A DNA stretch of 62,284 nucleotides, the filler included. It is 12 parts of 12 records of this genome, joined end to end, with 100 filler letters (N's around TTAATTAATTAA, not from the genome) between each part and the next. Parts side by side here need not be neighbours in the genome. Positions count along the whole stretch, not along the records: positions 47,041 to 54,020 come from SRR15195285_3672; positions 54,121 to 58,551 come from SRR15195285_3673; 10 more parts are not named here. One strand, 5' to 3'. Positions 47,091 to 58,651 of this stretch are shown here, piece by piece. Each line of letters starts with the position of its first letter. The stretch's first letter is position 1. Under the pieces are notes generated by a model, which saw only the letters and a program-made list of their open reading frames with translations, was not told the DNA's origin and did no database searches. The position numbers were made by a program, and so were the translations under genes.

Positions 47091-50000
47091 ATGCAGCAGG
47101 AGGTGCCGAGGTTTCGCGGTTTCCCTAATGATCCTCAAGCGGAAATGTACTGCACCAACGGCGAACGAGTCCCAGCTCAGGAAGAGATGGAGGCATGGTT
47201 CTACCCACCGCCAATCGAGCACCAGACCGGGCAAAGGATGGGTGCACCCACGCGACGTGCACCGGCTCGACCATCCGGTGGGAAACAACAACAAGCTTCC
47301 AAGAAGGGGAGAAAGGTGCGCCAGGCGGAAAAGGCACTGAAAGATGTGGCGCAGAAGCAGTCAACACGTGACCACAGCAGTGATCCACTGTCTGAACAAG
47401 CCCTACAGGAGTGTCGGGACTGCTTCCGGCCGTTTGCGCCGCAGAGCTCACAGGGTAGAGTAACTGAACACTACTGCTGCACAACTTGCAACGAGCGCGT
47501 CTGCAGCTTCTGCCGAGGACAGCCCGCTGACCCGTACTTAATCTTTGCCCTCCAAAGGCTCAGCCTAGCGAAGTTCGCACACGACCGGTTGATTGAAAAC
47601 AGCTGCGTCGTATACCTCGATTTTGATGTCATCGAACAGTCTCTTGCCACACTGGTTTGGACGGGGTGCTTCAACTTGGGCGTGCTCCTGGAGCCGGTCA
47701 AGCGAATGGCAACGCTTGTTGAAGAATTGGACATTCAAGGTGCACTGCCTGATTCAGGCCAATCAGATAAACTTGCGGACGCACTACCAGCAGGTACTCT
47801 TGTGTCGGTCGGCCGCGTGGAATGCTATCAGGCCAGCAGCCTCTTTGAATGCGACAACGCGCATGCGTTGCCACAATCTGCTACTGGTCGCAATATGCCC
47901 AGTTGTGACTACTGCGGTTGTCGCTTGCAAACTTTTCAATGTTTAAGCTGCGCCTTTCAGATATGTGAGCGTTGCGCTCTGATGACCAGAATTAAGCCAG
48001 GAGACTCTTGTGAGGTCGATGGCGCCGATGGAGTTGTGATCAAGGTTCAGCCAAGCCGTGGTGTGAAGGTGAGTTCTTCATGCGTTGATGGTTGTAGACA
48101 AGACAGTGAATCCGGTCAACCCAACTTTGAGTACTTGAAAAGGGACTGGCGAGGAATGCATCACCATCATTATACTTGTCCAAATCGCGGTGCTGAGAAT
48201 GATGGCGAACCGGAACCAAGCATTGTGACAGTGTCATTATTATGTGACAGCGTCATTGGTAGACAGGTTGAGCTCAACTGGGAGGATGAGCGATTTCACC
48301 TGAAACGCGAAGCGCGTTGTCTTCGGAAGCTCACGCGCGATACACGCGTCCCGACGCTCAGCGCACAAGACTATCGGAGTCACAGAAATCATAATACTCG
48401 TGCGCGTATGCACACAATTTCCATGGATGATTTCGTAGATGCTGAGTTGTTAGTGGACGCCGATGCTGACGTGGTCTATCCCTTATCACCAGTCGCGTAC
48501 GAAATGTGTGTGGCGGAGTCCACACGGCGATCTCAGCCTCTATTGCAACAGGCAATTAGCGAGCAAAAAGAAAAAAACAAGCACAACGACATTCGTCAAG
48601 AGATGATGCGAGGAATCTGTTGGGGAGGTGACACCTGGGTTTTCGTGAGCGATGGTAGACGTTATATTCGTTTGCGAGATGTAGACGTCGGTGATCGCGT
48701 ACTTACAGCTGATGGTACGACATATCGTGCTGTTGCTCGTGTGTGGGTCACTGACTACAGCGACCCCAAACGCAACACGGAGATGTGCTTCTACAGAGGA
48801 GTATGGATGACTTCTCATCACCCAGTGCTCCTTGGCCAGGACTGGCGTTATCCTGCTGATCTGGTTGAAAGCCATCCTGCCACTCAGATCGTGAAGACTG
48901 TTGGTGCAATGTACAATCTTGAGCTTAGTGGACACCTCGATACTGTTGTACTCTGTGGGGGAACCAACACGCCAGTTTGGCCGCCACTAGCATCCTGTAC
49001 TGTGGGTAAGTATTTGGGTAGAAGCTTCGGATTTGGCCTCTGGACGCGGCGTTCGACGAGATGCGCCAGAAATTGCTCGCAATGCGACAGCGTCTTCTCG
49101 GCGAACTTCAATCCAACAACAGTTCAGCCATCGATGCGCTGGGCCACGTTTCCAGCATTCGCAGAAGTCGAGTATCCTGACGCGCAGCGCGCCAATTTTT
49201 GGCCTGAGAATGCGGCGCGTGTATGGAAAGCGGCTGGATTACCAGAAGTCTGCGAAGAGTCTCACTCCTCGGCACGGATAGACCTCAGATTCAGAGGTGG
49301 TCAGTTGATCCAGCAAAGAACGAGTACTGGTTTGCCATGGCGTACAGCTATGCTTGGAGTCTTGGACAAGCGTGTCATGGAAGGCAAGCAACAGCTCACG
49401 GATCGAACGCTGAAAAGCCTACTTGAACACCATGACGTCCGACCAGCTACTACTACTACAACCAATGCCCAGAAACTGTGTCCTAGACCAAGCGAAGCAT
49501 GTGCACCTACAAATACCATGGCAACCAACACAGCGGTAGGACAGATAGGTAGCACTTCGAGTGCAATCTATGACGTAGCACTGTCCAAAAACCTCAACAG
49601 CGGCCAACGTGGTGCCTATGTGAAAATGCAACGACGCCGAGCTGTGCGTGATGCTGCTGCGGCTGCGGCTGCGGCTGAGGCTACTGCTGCCGATGATGGC
49701 CTGTCTGTTAACACAGCAGTGTGCTGCTCCGAGGCCAAGCACGCGGCAGTAGCTGCAGGAAAGACTCGCTGCTTCTTGTGTCTTGAGAGTTTCACCACCA
49801 GAAGTCACAATTGCGAGCTGAACGACGCTCCCGAGCTGATCCGACCATGCAAGGCAGAGTCCTGTGGAGCTGTCGCGTGCGCACGTTGCTGGGAGCGCTA
49901 CTTGGAATTGACGATCGGGGTCAACACATCGAGATTCGCCTGTCCGACAATCCCTTGCTTCGCGTGCCAGGCGGTGCTTCCTACTAAGGAGTGGGCTGAC

Positions 50001-50615
50001 AGTAGTGAAGCGGCAAGAAGGGTGTCTGTCGAGTATGCATGCCGGGCAGCGCAGCTGATGACTGTGCACTGCGCCACGTGCGAGCACACAGATACCATTT
50101 TACCACAATTCGATGAGGCAAGTTCCGGCGGGTTGCTCAGCGCTGTCGGGCGCGCCTGCAACTTGGCAGGCTTTGAGATGGCTCACCTGCGTGAGGCTGA
50201 GGCAGCGTGGCTGCAGTACGAACACGGAGCCGCCACACAGCTTGCCCGGCAGCTGCTCACGCTGCCACTCGATACAGCGCAGTTGCACATGGCGTTGTGT
50301 GCGGTGCACGATGTAGAGAGACGACTGGCACTGCAGCTGGCCTTGCTCTCGATCGACCCTATCGTTTCGGCAGGTCTACTGGGCTGTGATTGCGTAGACG
50401 CGACGTGCTTCAAGTGCAAGCACCGAGCGAACTATGGGCGTGGGTCGTTGTCAAAATGCGCATGCTCTGCGAGCATCTCCTGTCTGGCGGTAGCGAGCGA
50501 GGAAGAACGATCTCGACAATGGTGCTCCGCGTGCGGAGTCCAAGCGCCAACGCGTGACCTCAGCTGCGCGTCAGTGCTGTGCATTTGCGGCAAATACTAC
50601 GAGACTACACCCTGA
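47091..50615 (+). CDS. Cys-rich multidomain protein: Zn-finger-like modules - Hint (Vint-type) domain - RING/IBR-like C-terminus
   Basis: Intronless 1174-aa ORF. Hint: CWGGDTWV...VDVGDRVLT...MTSHHPV...WRYPAD...YNLEL...CTVG (about 48618-49020). RING-like CFLC...C...C...CARCW...CFAC, then CDC..TCFKC and CSAC...SCASVLCICG. Confidence 0.72.
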   Translation: MQQEVPRFRGFPNDPQAEMYCTNGERVPAQEEMEAWFYPPPIEHQTGQRMGAPTRRAPARPSGGKQQQASKKGRKVRQAEKALKDVAQKQSTRDHSSDPLSEQALQECRDCFRPFAPQSSQGRVTEHYCCTTCNERVCSFCRGQPADPYLIFALQRLSLAKFAHDRLIENSCVVYLDFDVIEQSLATLVWTGCFNLGVLLEPVKRMATLVEELDIQGALPDSGQSDKLADALPAGTLVSVGRVECYQASSLFECDNAHALPQSATGRNMPSCDYCGCRLQTFQCLSCAFQICERCALMTRIKPGDSCEVDGADGVVIKVQPSRGVKVSSSCVDGCRQDSESGQPNFEYLKRDWRGMHHHHYTCPNRGAENDGEPEPSIVTVSLLCDSVIGRQVELNWEDERFHLKREARCLRKLTRDTRVPTLSAQDYRSHRNHNTRARMHTISMDDFVDAELLVDADADVVYPLSPVAYEMCVAESTRRSQPLLQQAISEQKEKNKHNDIRQEMMRGICWGGDTWVFVSDGRRYIRLRDVDVGDRVLTADGTTYRAVARVWVTDYSDPKRNTEMCFYRGVWMTSHHPVLLGQDWRYPADLVESHPATQIVKTVGAMYNLELSGHLDTVVLCGGTNTPVWPPLASCTVGKYLGRSFGFGLWTRRSTRCARNCSQCDSVFSANFNPTTVQPSMRWATFPAFAEVEYPDAQRANFWPENAARVWKAAGLPEVCEESHSSARIDLRFRGGQLIQQRTSTGLPWRTAMLGVLDKRVMEGKQQLTDRTLKSLLEHHDVRPATTTTTNAQKLCPRPSEACAPTNTMATNTAVGQIGSTSSAIYDVALSKNLNSGQRGAYVKMQRRRAVRDAAAAAAAAEATAADDGLSVNTAVCCSEAKHAAVAAGKTRCFLCLESFTTRSHNCELNDAPELIRPCKAESCGAVACARCWERYLELTIGVNTSRFACPTIPCFACQAVLPTKEWADSSEAARRVSVEYACRAAQLMTVHCATCEHTDTILPQFDEASSGGLLSAVGRACNLAGFEMAHLREAEAAWLQYEHGAATQLARQLLTLPLDTAQLHMALCAVHDVERRLALQLALLSIDPIVSAGLLGCDCVDATCFKCKHRANYGRGSLSKCACSASISCLAVASEEERSRQWCSACGVQAPTRDLSCASVLCICGKYYETTP

Positions 50616-51084
50616 ACATGCCAAAACGTGTCAGTCAACCACAGCATGCGCGTGCGATGACCGACTTCAAGTTCTACTTCCACCCTCGGAAGTCGGAGCC
50701 GTTTGAACAGCCTGCTGACCGTGCCGACGACACGGAATGTGGCGCCAAAGCAGGAGTGTTGGCTAAAGGGCGGCAACTGCACAGCCATGGAGGGCCTCCG
50801 AACAAATGCGATTACCAGGTATTGTACCATTCATCGTTGATGTTGCGCGTCACTGGTTCCGCTTGCGCGCTTCGAGCCCCTCGTAGCTCGGTGGGGCGAG
50901 TAGAGGAGAGTATACAGGCAGTTCGCGCCTAACAAAGATCAGATTTTATGTACTGTTACGTGCGCGCATGATAGCATAATTCGAATATATACGTGTGCTC
51001 CTATAGCCAAGGCGTAGCGCGCAACGGAGAACCGCAACGGGCTCAAACCGAAGTCACTCACGAGCGCACGAGCATGGTTATCAA

Positions 51085-53745
51085 TTACGGAGCAAGCGCC
51101 GTCGAATGCGCAATATGGGGCCCATTCTTCGCGGCTAGCAAGTCGGCTGGCGATGGGCCAGCTGTGCCCACGTCAACGTGCCCGTACGTCCGGAGCAGAT
51201 CTTGCAAGACGAACAGACCGTACAGTCCAAACATGGAGTACCCAAGCGGTTTGGTCATCTTCCAGCCGCTGAAGTGAATGATCGAGATCACAGCCGCGAC
51301 CATAAAGAGAAGGATGACCAAAGAGAAAAAGAGGGTTGGAGCCTCTACACTAACGTAGCCCGGGGTGATGTCATTGACGAGCGCGTAGGCAAGCCACGGC
51401 AACGGAAGACCAATCAACACGTCAAAGATGTTCGAGCCGATGGAAGAAGATACTGCCATGTCCCCATGCCCTTGCTTGGCGACGACGACGCTCGTGAGCA
51501 AATCAGGTACGCTGGTGCCCATCGCCAGAAAAGTGAGGCCCATGACTGCATCTGGAATCCCAGCCACGCATCCAATGCTCGTTGCCCAATCCACCATCAT
51601 ACCGCTGAAAATTCCTACCCACACGATCGCCATAATAAATGACACAGGATACAGGCTCTCGAAGTCGATACCCATGACCCCGCCCAGCGTTGGATAGAAT
51701 AGCTGATCCGGGCCCACACCCTCTGGGATCACAACTGTCACTTCTCGACCTTTCAGGTGCTTTGGACGCTCTATATTCAATGTAACTTGGTCTCCCCCTT
51801 TCTTGTCAGCCGGACACCGGCACTGTGGCTTGACGCGGCGCACGTCCGGGATCGTGAACATCATTGCGGCGTTGATCGGCAACATGATACACCAAAGAAT
51901 CATTCCCACTGGGTTTCTACTGGGGGGTTCCAGGGAAAACGGCGGGTTATCCACCACCTCTGCCTGCAGCTCCACCCATGAAGTCAAGTACTTGCTGTCG
52001 TTGTACCAAGCAAGAAACTCCGAAAGCGAGACTGTATCATTGTGATCGCCGCTTTCGTGGTCGACCGATACCATCTCGGCCCATACCTCTGTAACCTCAG
52101 ATTCGGTGGGCGTGGGGCCTTTGCAGGACTGCAGCAGCAGTGCTATCTCACTCCTATCAAGCCCGCCGCTCCCATCCACATCGATCTCGTTGAACTTTTC
52201 GATCACCTGCTCAGTGATCCACTCTTCGCTTTCACCGTACCATATCCGAAACTCCGATAGCGAGACCTTGTCTGGCTGGGTAGCATCCCAAGTTTTGACC
52301 TTTGACGCGATCTCCTCGAACACTTTGGCAACCATCTCATCTGTGACGTTCGCCTCGCCTCCCGCTGCCACACGCAACTCGTTGAGCACGGCCTTGATCT
52401 CAACAGGCTCAAGGTAACCGCTGCCGTCCGTGTCGCACCTTTGGAAAGTGTGGTCCACGTTTCCCGGCACGTGTGAGACAAGATGAAGCTCGGCCTGCTC
52501 GGCTAAACTCCGCTCCTCCATTAGGATAGTCCATAATCCAGCGCGGTATGCCGCCGAGTGCTTGATCGTTTCCTCGGCCGTGACATCTGCGTTCATAAGG
52601 TGCGGCGACTTTCGCGAGGGCGCGCTTGTCGCAGAAACGCCGGACTCTCCCTCTGCCACAGGGTTCTGCATGGCGTCACCTTTTTCGTCGTCGTCCCTCC
52701 GATCCAGCATCGTAGCCAGCTGCCGGTTGTACGCCATCACCACGCAGTAGCCGACGTACCTAGACGTTATAGACAACCCGCACAAGGCCGAGGGATGAGG
52801 AAAGTCAGATACACGCTCACAACTCGACGGTTTTGGCAGGGCTCATGCTATCACTTACATAGCCAATAGAAGGCCGGCCTCCCAGGCCCAGATTGCAGCA
52901 CAGTCTTGAGGCTTGGCGAAATCGCCGTCGTCTCTCCAGTAGCAGAAGTTCTCGTATTTCAACCACGCGTCGCCGTTGGAGACTGGCTTCATTGATACCT
53001 TCCCGAACAGCAAAGCAACGGTCATCAGCGAGAGGCAGTAGTAGCTGCAGTCCCGCGCTAGTGGCCACCAGGTCAAGTACAGGGGATCTTTCGACGCCAC
53101 GGCACAGGTGCCGATGACGAACAGCACGTTGAATACCGCAGAACCGACGATCGTTCCGAATCCTACTGCCGACTGGTTGAAGGTACCGATGAACGACGTG
53201 AACAGTTCTGGAGCCGAGCCACCTGCGGCCATGAACGTAGCCCCGGCAATGTCCGGATCGATCTGCCAGCGGCGTACAAGAACTTCGAGCGCTGCACAGC
53301 GTACAGGTGTTCAAACGCGTCAGTGACTGGTTCGGACGCGGGAGCGCCCGCGAGCTAGAATGGACGTGCTCGCGGTGCGCGCACCTGGCACGAAGTATTC
53401 GTCGCACACGATGGATAGAGACAGGAACATGACCAGCACGCCAAAGATGTGCAGCAGCACGAACGAGCTGTCCAGCGTAACCCAAGGCACCCAGTTCTTC
53501 TTTTCCGCCTCGGGACAGTCGGCCGCGCGGTAGTCTATCTCGCACTGCTCGATGTTCCCGAGGTCTCTGATCGCTTGCATGCACGCCGAGACCACCGGCT
53601 CCGTCGCGTTCGTCGCATTGTCCTGCAGTTGCCGCGCGAAGGCGGGGCTCCCCTCCACCCACTCCCCCTCCGCGCCTGCTCGCCCGTCCACCAGATGCTG
53701 GGAGAGCAGTGCCCCCGCCACCCCCAGCACCCACAGACTACGCAT
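51085..53745 (-). CDS. K+-dependent Na+/Ca2+ exchanger (NCKX/SLC24-like) with EF-hands in the central loop; introns 53292-53384 and 52760-52858
   Basis: Alpha-1 repeat IVCDEYFVP...[18 protein letters not shown]...[12 protein letters not shown] and alpha-2 repeat [15 protein letters not shown]...[15 protein letters not shown]-hands [12 protein letters not shown] and [12 protein letters not shown]. Confidence 0.92.
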
Positions 53746-54120
53746 CCCAAACTCTCCTGGAAAACGTGCTGCAACCCCGGCCGCCGAGAAAGCTGGCCCT
53801 AGCGTGCGTTCGGCATCCCCGAGAGGCAGGAAGCCCCCTCTTTACCCTATACCGCTCGCACTCTGGCCTTCACAGAGCACGTCGAGCTCTCTATGCTGCC
53901 CCTGTCCCCTCGCTCTGCCCCCCCTACCAACTTCACCTACTCCCTAGCTTGCCGCTTGCCTCGTGTAAGTCGCCACCTCACCCTCCCTGTATAGCCCTGC
54001 GTACGCCGCGGCGCTCCTTCNNNNNNNNNNNNNNNNNNNNNNNNNNNNNNNNNNNNNNNNNNNNTTAATTAATTAANNNNNNNNNNNNNNNNNNNNNNNN
54101 NNNNNNNNNNNNNNNNNNNN

Positions 54121-57100
54121 AATTTCGATTTCGCAGCGCTCGCCAGTCCATCCCTCACTGCGAAATTCACAGTCACAGTTCCCATCTGAAAGACAAATAC
54201 CGCCGTGCTCGCAACCCAAGCCACAGCTGTCACCACGCCAGCAATCTGTGCAGGCGCATGTGTAATGCGACTTGCCTCTGCTCACACATGCGCCACCGTG
54301 TGCACACGGGTTGGGGTGCAAGTCACACCAACCCTTCTCAGATTCGCATACCTCTCCCGTCCACCCCCCTGTGCACTCACACTCAAACTCAAATCGATCA
54401 CTGCCCCAACGCTGACTGTGTGAAGCGACACCAACACAGGCACCACTGTGCAAGCATGGGTTATCGTTGTGTACACAGTAACCGCCGATGAGCCAGCGTG
54501 TCGCGAACCCAACGGCAACGAGCGCAGCACCAGTCACGATAAACAGTTCACACTTGTGGATGTATCTGTGCCACACGTGGCAGAGCCACACGATCGTCAC
54601 CGACGCATAGCCCAAGTAGACCCACCATTCATAATCTTCACATCTATCGCCTGCGTGGCCGTCAACGCATGCGCAAAGACCGGTCGCATTCACGCATTGC
54701 CCATAGCCTCCACAGTCTACCCCGTCGCACCACTCCCCCTCAATCTCGCAAATATCACCGCCAAAATCTGTGCCTCTGCTCATCCAGGACGTGCAGTCAC
54801 ACTGAAACTCAAACCGGTCGCTGCCCAAACTCTGACCATATGAAACAGTATCGACGCAGGTGCCATAATTCAGGCACGGGTTCTCGTTGTACAGACAATA
54901 TCCACCGACCAGTGACCAAGTGGCCAGTCCCCACACGCTGAACGCGGCCACAGTCACAGCACAAAGTGTACAGGCTCGTGGTCTTGTCTTCTTCGTGCAT
55001 CTACAGATGCACGCACAGAAACCAACCCAGGTAAATGCTAGGGCAACATAGCCCAGGTAAACCCACCACTCATATTCTTTGCAACTATCACCTGTATATC
55101 CAATCGCGCACTCGCAAAGGCCAGTTGTGTTGATGCACTGTCCGTAGCCGCCGCAGTCTACCCCAACACAGCCGAACTGACATTTATCCCCTGTCCACCC
55201 TCGCGTACAATTGCACTTGAATGTGGCATGGCCATTGCTCTGACATTCTCCGCCATTCAAACATGGACTATGCCAGTCACAGTACTGCATTGGCTCATCA
55301 CACCTAGGTTCACCTGAAAATCCTTGAGGGCAGTCACACGTGTACGCGTCACGTCCATTGCTGACGCACCTGCCTCCATTCGGGCACGGGTTTGAATTCC
55401 AGTCGCAATAAGGGGTTCCTTCGTCACAGTCACGACCTCGCCAGCCAGCATCACAGTGTTTGCAGCTATAGTCATTGTGTCCGCTACTTGAGCATGTGCC
55501 GCCGTGGTGGCATGGATTCCTGTTCCACAGGCAGAAAGGGATGCCCTTGTCGCACCGACTTCCATTCCAACCATGTAGGCATTCGCACTTGTACTGGTTC
55601 CGATCAATACTAAGACAGCTCCCATGGACACATGGGTCCACGTGCCACTCACAGTATGGAATTCCTCGTTCACAGCTACTCGTTGTAATTCCTGTCCATC
55701 CTGGTGCACAACGACTCCCAAGAGCCGGTGGCACCACCGTGCAACACTCACGATCCAGACACTTCGCATCTGAACAACGCTTTTCGTGTGCGTTCTCTGC
55801 CAGCAAGTTCGCAGATTTGCTGCAATCAAATCCTTGGCAAGAAGGATACTCCCAACAGCACTCGGCGCTAGAGCAACTCGGGCTTGAACACTTGAGACCA
55901 TGAAGTTCTGTTCCATTTCTGCGTCTGCCGAATGTATTGCAGTCAAAGTCGAGGCAAAATTCAGATCTCAGGTATGTATGTTGCGACGCGTGAGACACTG
56001 CAACTGCTAGTACGATGAGTACCAGTACCGCAACAATTACACACCCGCAAGTCTTCCTTGGTGTGCATCTTAAGTTGCGAGGCACAGCAACGCGAGTATC
56101 GAGCTCTTTTTCGTGTTCACCCTCATGGTCGAAAACTGCAGATGAGTTACTAATCCGAGACAGTGGATTATCAAAAACCGTGATAATCGAGTTCGTTCCT
56201 GTGAGTTCTCCCGCAATTTCCGCCAGAATTTGAGAAATTAAAGAGACCGCCGGCCGGTAGTGGGTCTCATCTGCCCAACAGCGCTCGACCAGGTCCAACA
56301 ACTGGTCTGGACAGCTATCATCAGCGTGCCCGCGCAGATCTGGTCTGCGACCATCAAGAGGATTGTCCTGCATCCAATTTTCTCTCTGTTCTTGCACGGA
56401 AATACCATATCGATCTAGTAGAGATTGTTGGGGTCTGAAGCGCTCGCTTGCCTTGGCCATGATCTCCGGCTCACTCAGCCTATCCCACGGCAACTGCTTG
56501 GTGATCACCTCGAATGCAGTCACCCCGAACCCAAACACATCACTTGACGTGGTGTATTCGCCAATAAAGGTCTCTGGCGCCTTCCACGCCAAGGTACCCA
56601 CACTTCCAGCAGATCGCCGACTTTGCACTTCTGTCATCATAACTTCCGCCACACCAAAGTCTGCAACCTTCGCAACGGCGATCGAAAGTTTTGTGGAGCT
56701 CAGCAGAACGTTGGCGGCCTTGAGGTCACGGTGGACGATCGCATTCGGCTCACTATGGAGCGATGCCAATCCCTGGGCGATTTCCTGAAGCCAACGCAGG
56801 CGTACCTCCCATGAAATGAATCCACCTGCTCGCAAAGCGTGGTCCAAAGCGCCTCCAGCAGCAAGCTCTAACGCCAATGCCCAACCGCGGTCTGGAATAC
56901 AAAGCACGCCAAAAAGTGCAATCAGGTTGTCGTGTCGCAGTGTCGAGCCTATTTTTGCCTCAGCGACGAATCTTTCCTTCATCCTTGCGTCGATGTTGAG
57001 GCTATTGTCGAACAGCTTGAGTGCAATGGCTCGAGTTTGCGAGTGGCCACGGAACCGGTATGTCCCGCGGTACACTTGCGCGAAACTACCGCGTCCAAGC

Positions 57101-58119
57101 ATGGCGTTGTAATCAATGTTCGCGCGTCGCACTTCCAGTATGCCTTCCATGGGCAAAACTTGGGCCATCGGCTGCTGCAAGTGCACCTCATCAGGTAATC
57201 CACTTGTAGCATTCTGCGCGAGATCTTGCGACCTCATTCGCTTCTGGCAGTGGGCGACCCTGAACATTGTGTTGATGGGGAACAATACTTCATCTTCTAC
57301 AGCGAATTCGGAGAATTCCCGAATTAACACGCCGTAGACCCCCTCTATCGTAAAGATAGTGCGCGGCCCGCGTCGGCCACAAAACTTTTCGTTGTACACG
57401 ATGTCCATTTCGCGGGAAGCAGATTTGAACTCGTGCCAACTGAACTCAAAACCGTGCTCGAAAAAGCCGGCAGGATCATGCTGTTGTGGCGACAGCCAGA
57501 CCCACTTGTCCCCGCGGAAACACCGCCCAGTGTATTGAAACTGCGTAGGAGCTTGGTCTAGTGCCCAGTCGAGGCGCTTTATGAACGGTAGGCAAGCCTT
57601 CACAGCCTCCGACATCTGGCCCGATGCATCGAGACGCGCTCGCAACGCCCTGTTGACAGCGCGATACACCGCGGGCTGCTCCAGCGTGTATATCCAGATC
57701 GTTAGGGCGTCCTCAACGGCGAACTCGGGAGGACAGCCAAGCTGTCGCAATTTGTCCCGCATTCCGGAGCGTTTTGACTCGATCAGGCCTTGGACGACAC
57801 CAATATCTATGTGCAGGTTTATGACGGTAGGGACTGCAGCCATTGATCGCAGTGCGTCCAGTACCGTCTCTGGGCAAGGCTCATTTTGAACTGCAGTCGT
57901 GATGGCTGCGCTCCAGGCTACATCTTTCAATTTGTGCTCCTCCTCATCCTCCCCATCCTCCTCTTCGTCCTCCAGATCGTCCTGATGTGGGGACGTTGCC
58001 ATCCCCCCCACCGTCGCTACTTCCACCGCTACCACCGCCTCAACCGCATTCCCGTCCCCGCAGGCTGCCCTGCCCGAGGGGGGGGCAGGGCCCTGGAGGC
58101 CCTCCTCCTCGCTGCTCAT
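54121..58119 (-). CDS. ADP-ribosyltransferase - TKL-type protein kinase - TM - EGF repeats - 2x(EGF-TM-TM-EGF) receptor-like protein (3' truncated)
   Basis: ART: IYT...YRAVNRALR, CFRG, FKSAS, SEFAVEDEVLF. Kinase: LGRGSFAQVY, IALK, HRDLKAANVLL, DFG, GTLAWKAPE, SDVFGFG. TM: VIVAVLVLIVLAVAV. Many NPC..GG.C....Y.C.C..GW.G..C units. Confidence 0.88.
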
Positions 58120-58651
58120 CGCGATGGCAGACAGCCGCGGGGGCCGCTGCTGAGAGGGTGTCGACTGCGAGAGTCAGCAAAAGTGGTCCTTGCCAGGGGA
58201 GCGCTGTCGTGTGTACACCCAACTTCACAAATTCGCTCGTCCTTTGCGCGAGCCCTCCCCGCCTTAAGGGCCGCGCGTTTTCCCACCGGTGCGCCTGATC
58301 ACATCCTGCCCGAGAGCGCCACGTGCCCCCACGGCCAAGGGGAGTGGGCGCAGATCGCCGCCAGCCCCAGCGTATAGGCTATAGCTGGCTCTCCCTCTCT
58401 CGTCTCTGCTGTCCTCGCCAGTTTTCATGATAGATCTACGACCGGATGTTGCTATTTGGTTCATGTACCTGCGTACCGGTACTCTGGGCAGTATATTTAT
58501 ACTCTCCGGAGTACATTGATGCATGTATATTGAGAACAGTATTGAGATTTCNNNNNNNNNNNNNNNNNNNNNNNNNNNNNNNNNNNNNNNNNNNNTTAAT
58601 TAATTAANNNNNNNNNNNNNNNNNNNNNNNNNNNNNNNNNNNNNNNNNNNN

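Noticed and set aside
48618-49020. A true protein-splicing intein
   Set aside because: No C-terminal His-Asn followed by Cys/Ser/Thr, no homing endonuclease, and it is not inserted in a conserved host protein; it fits a Vint-type Hint domain better.
11287-58651. Regularly recurring TTAATTAATTAA flanked by N runs, as a biological repeat or CRISPR-like array
   Set aside because: Exactly 44 N + 12 nt + 44 N each time, with stops in all six frames: an assembly concatenation linker.
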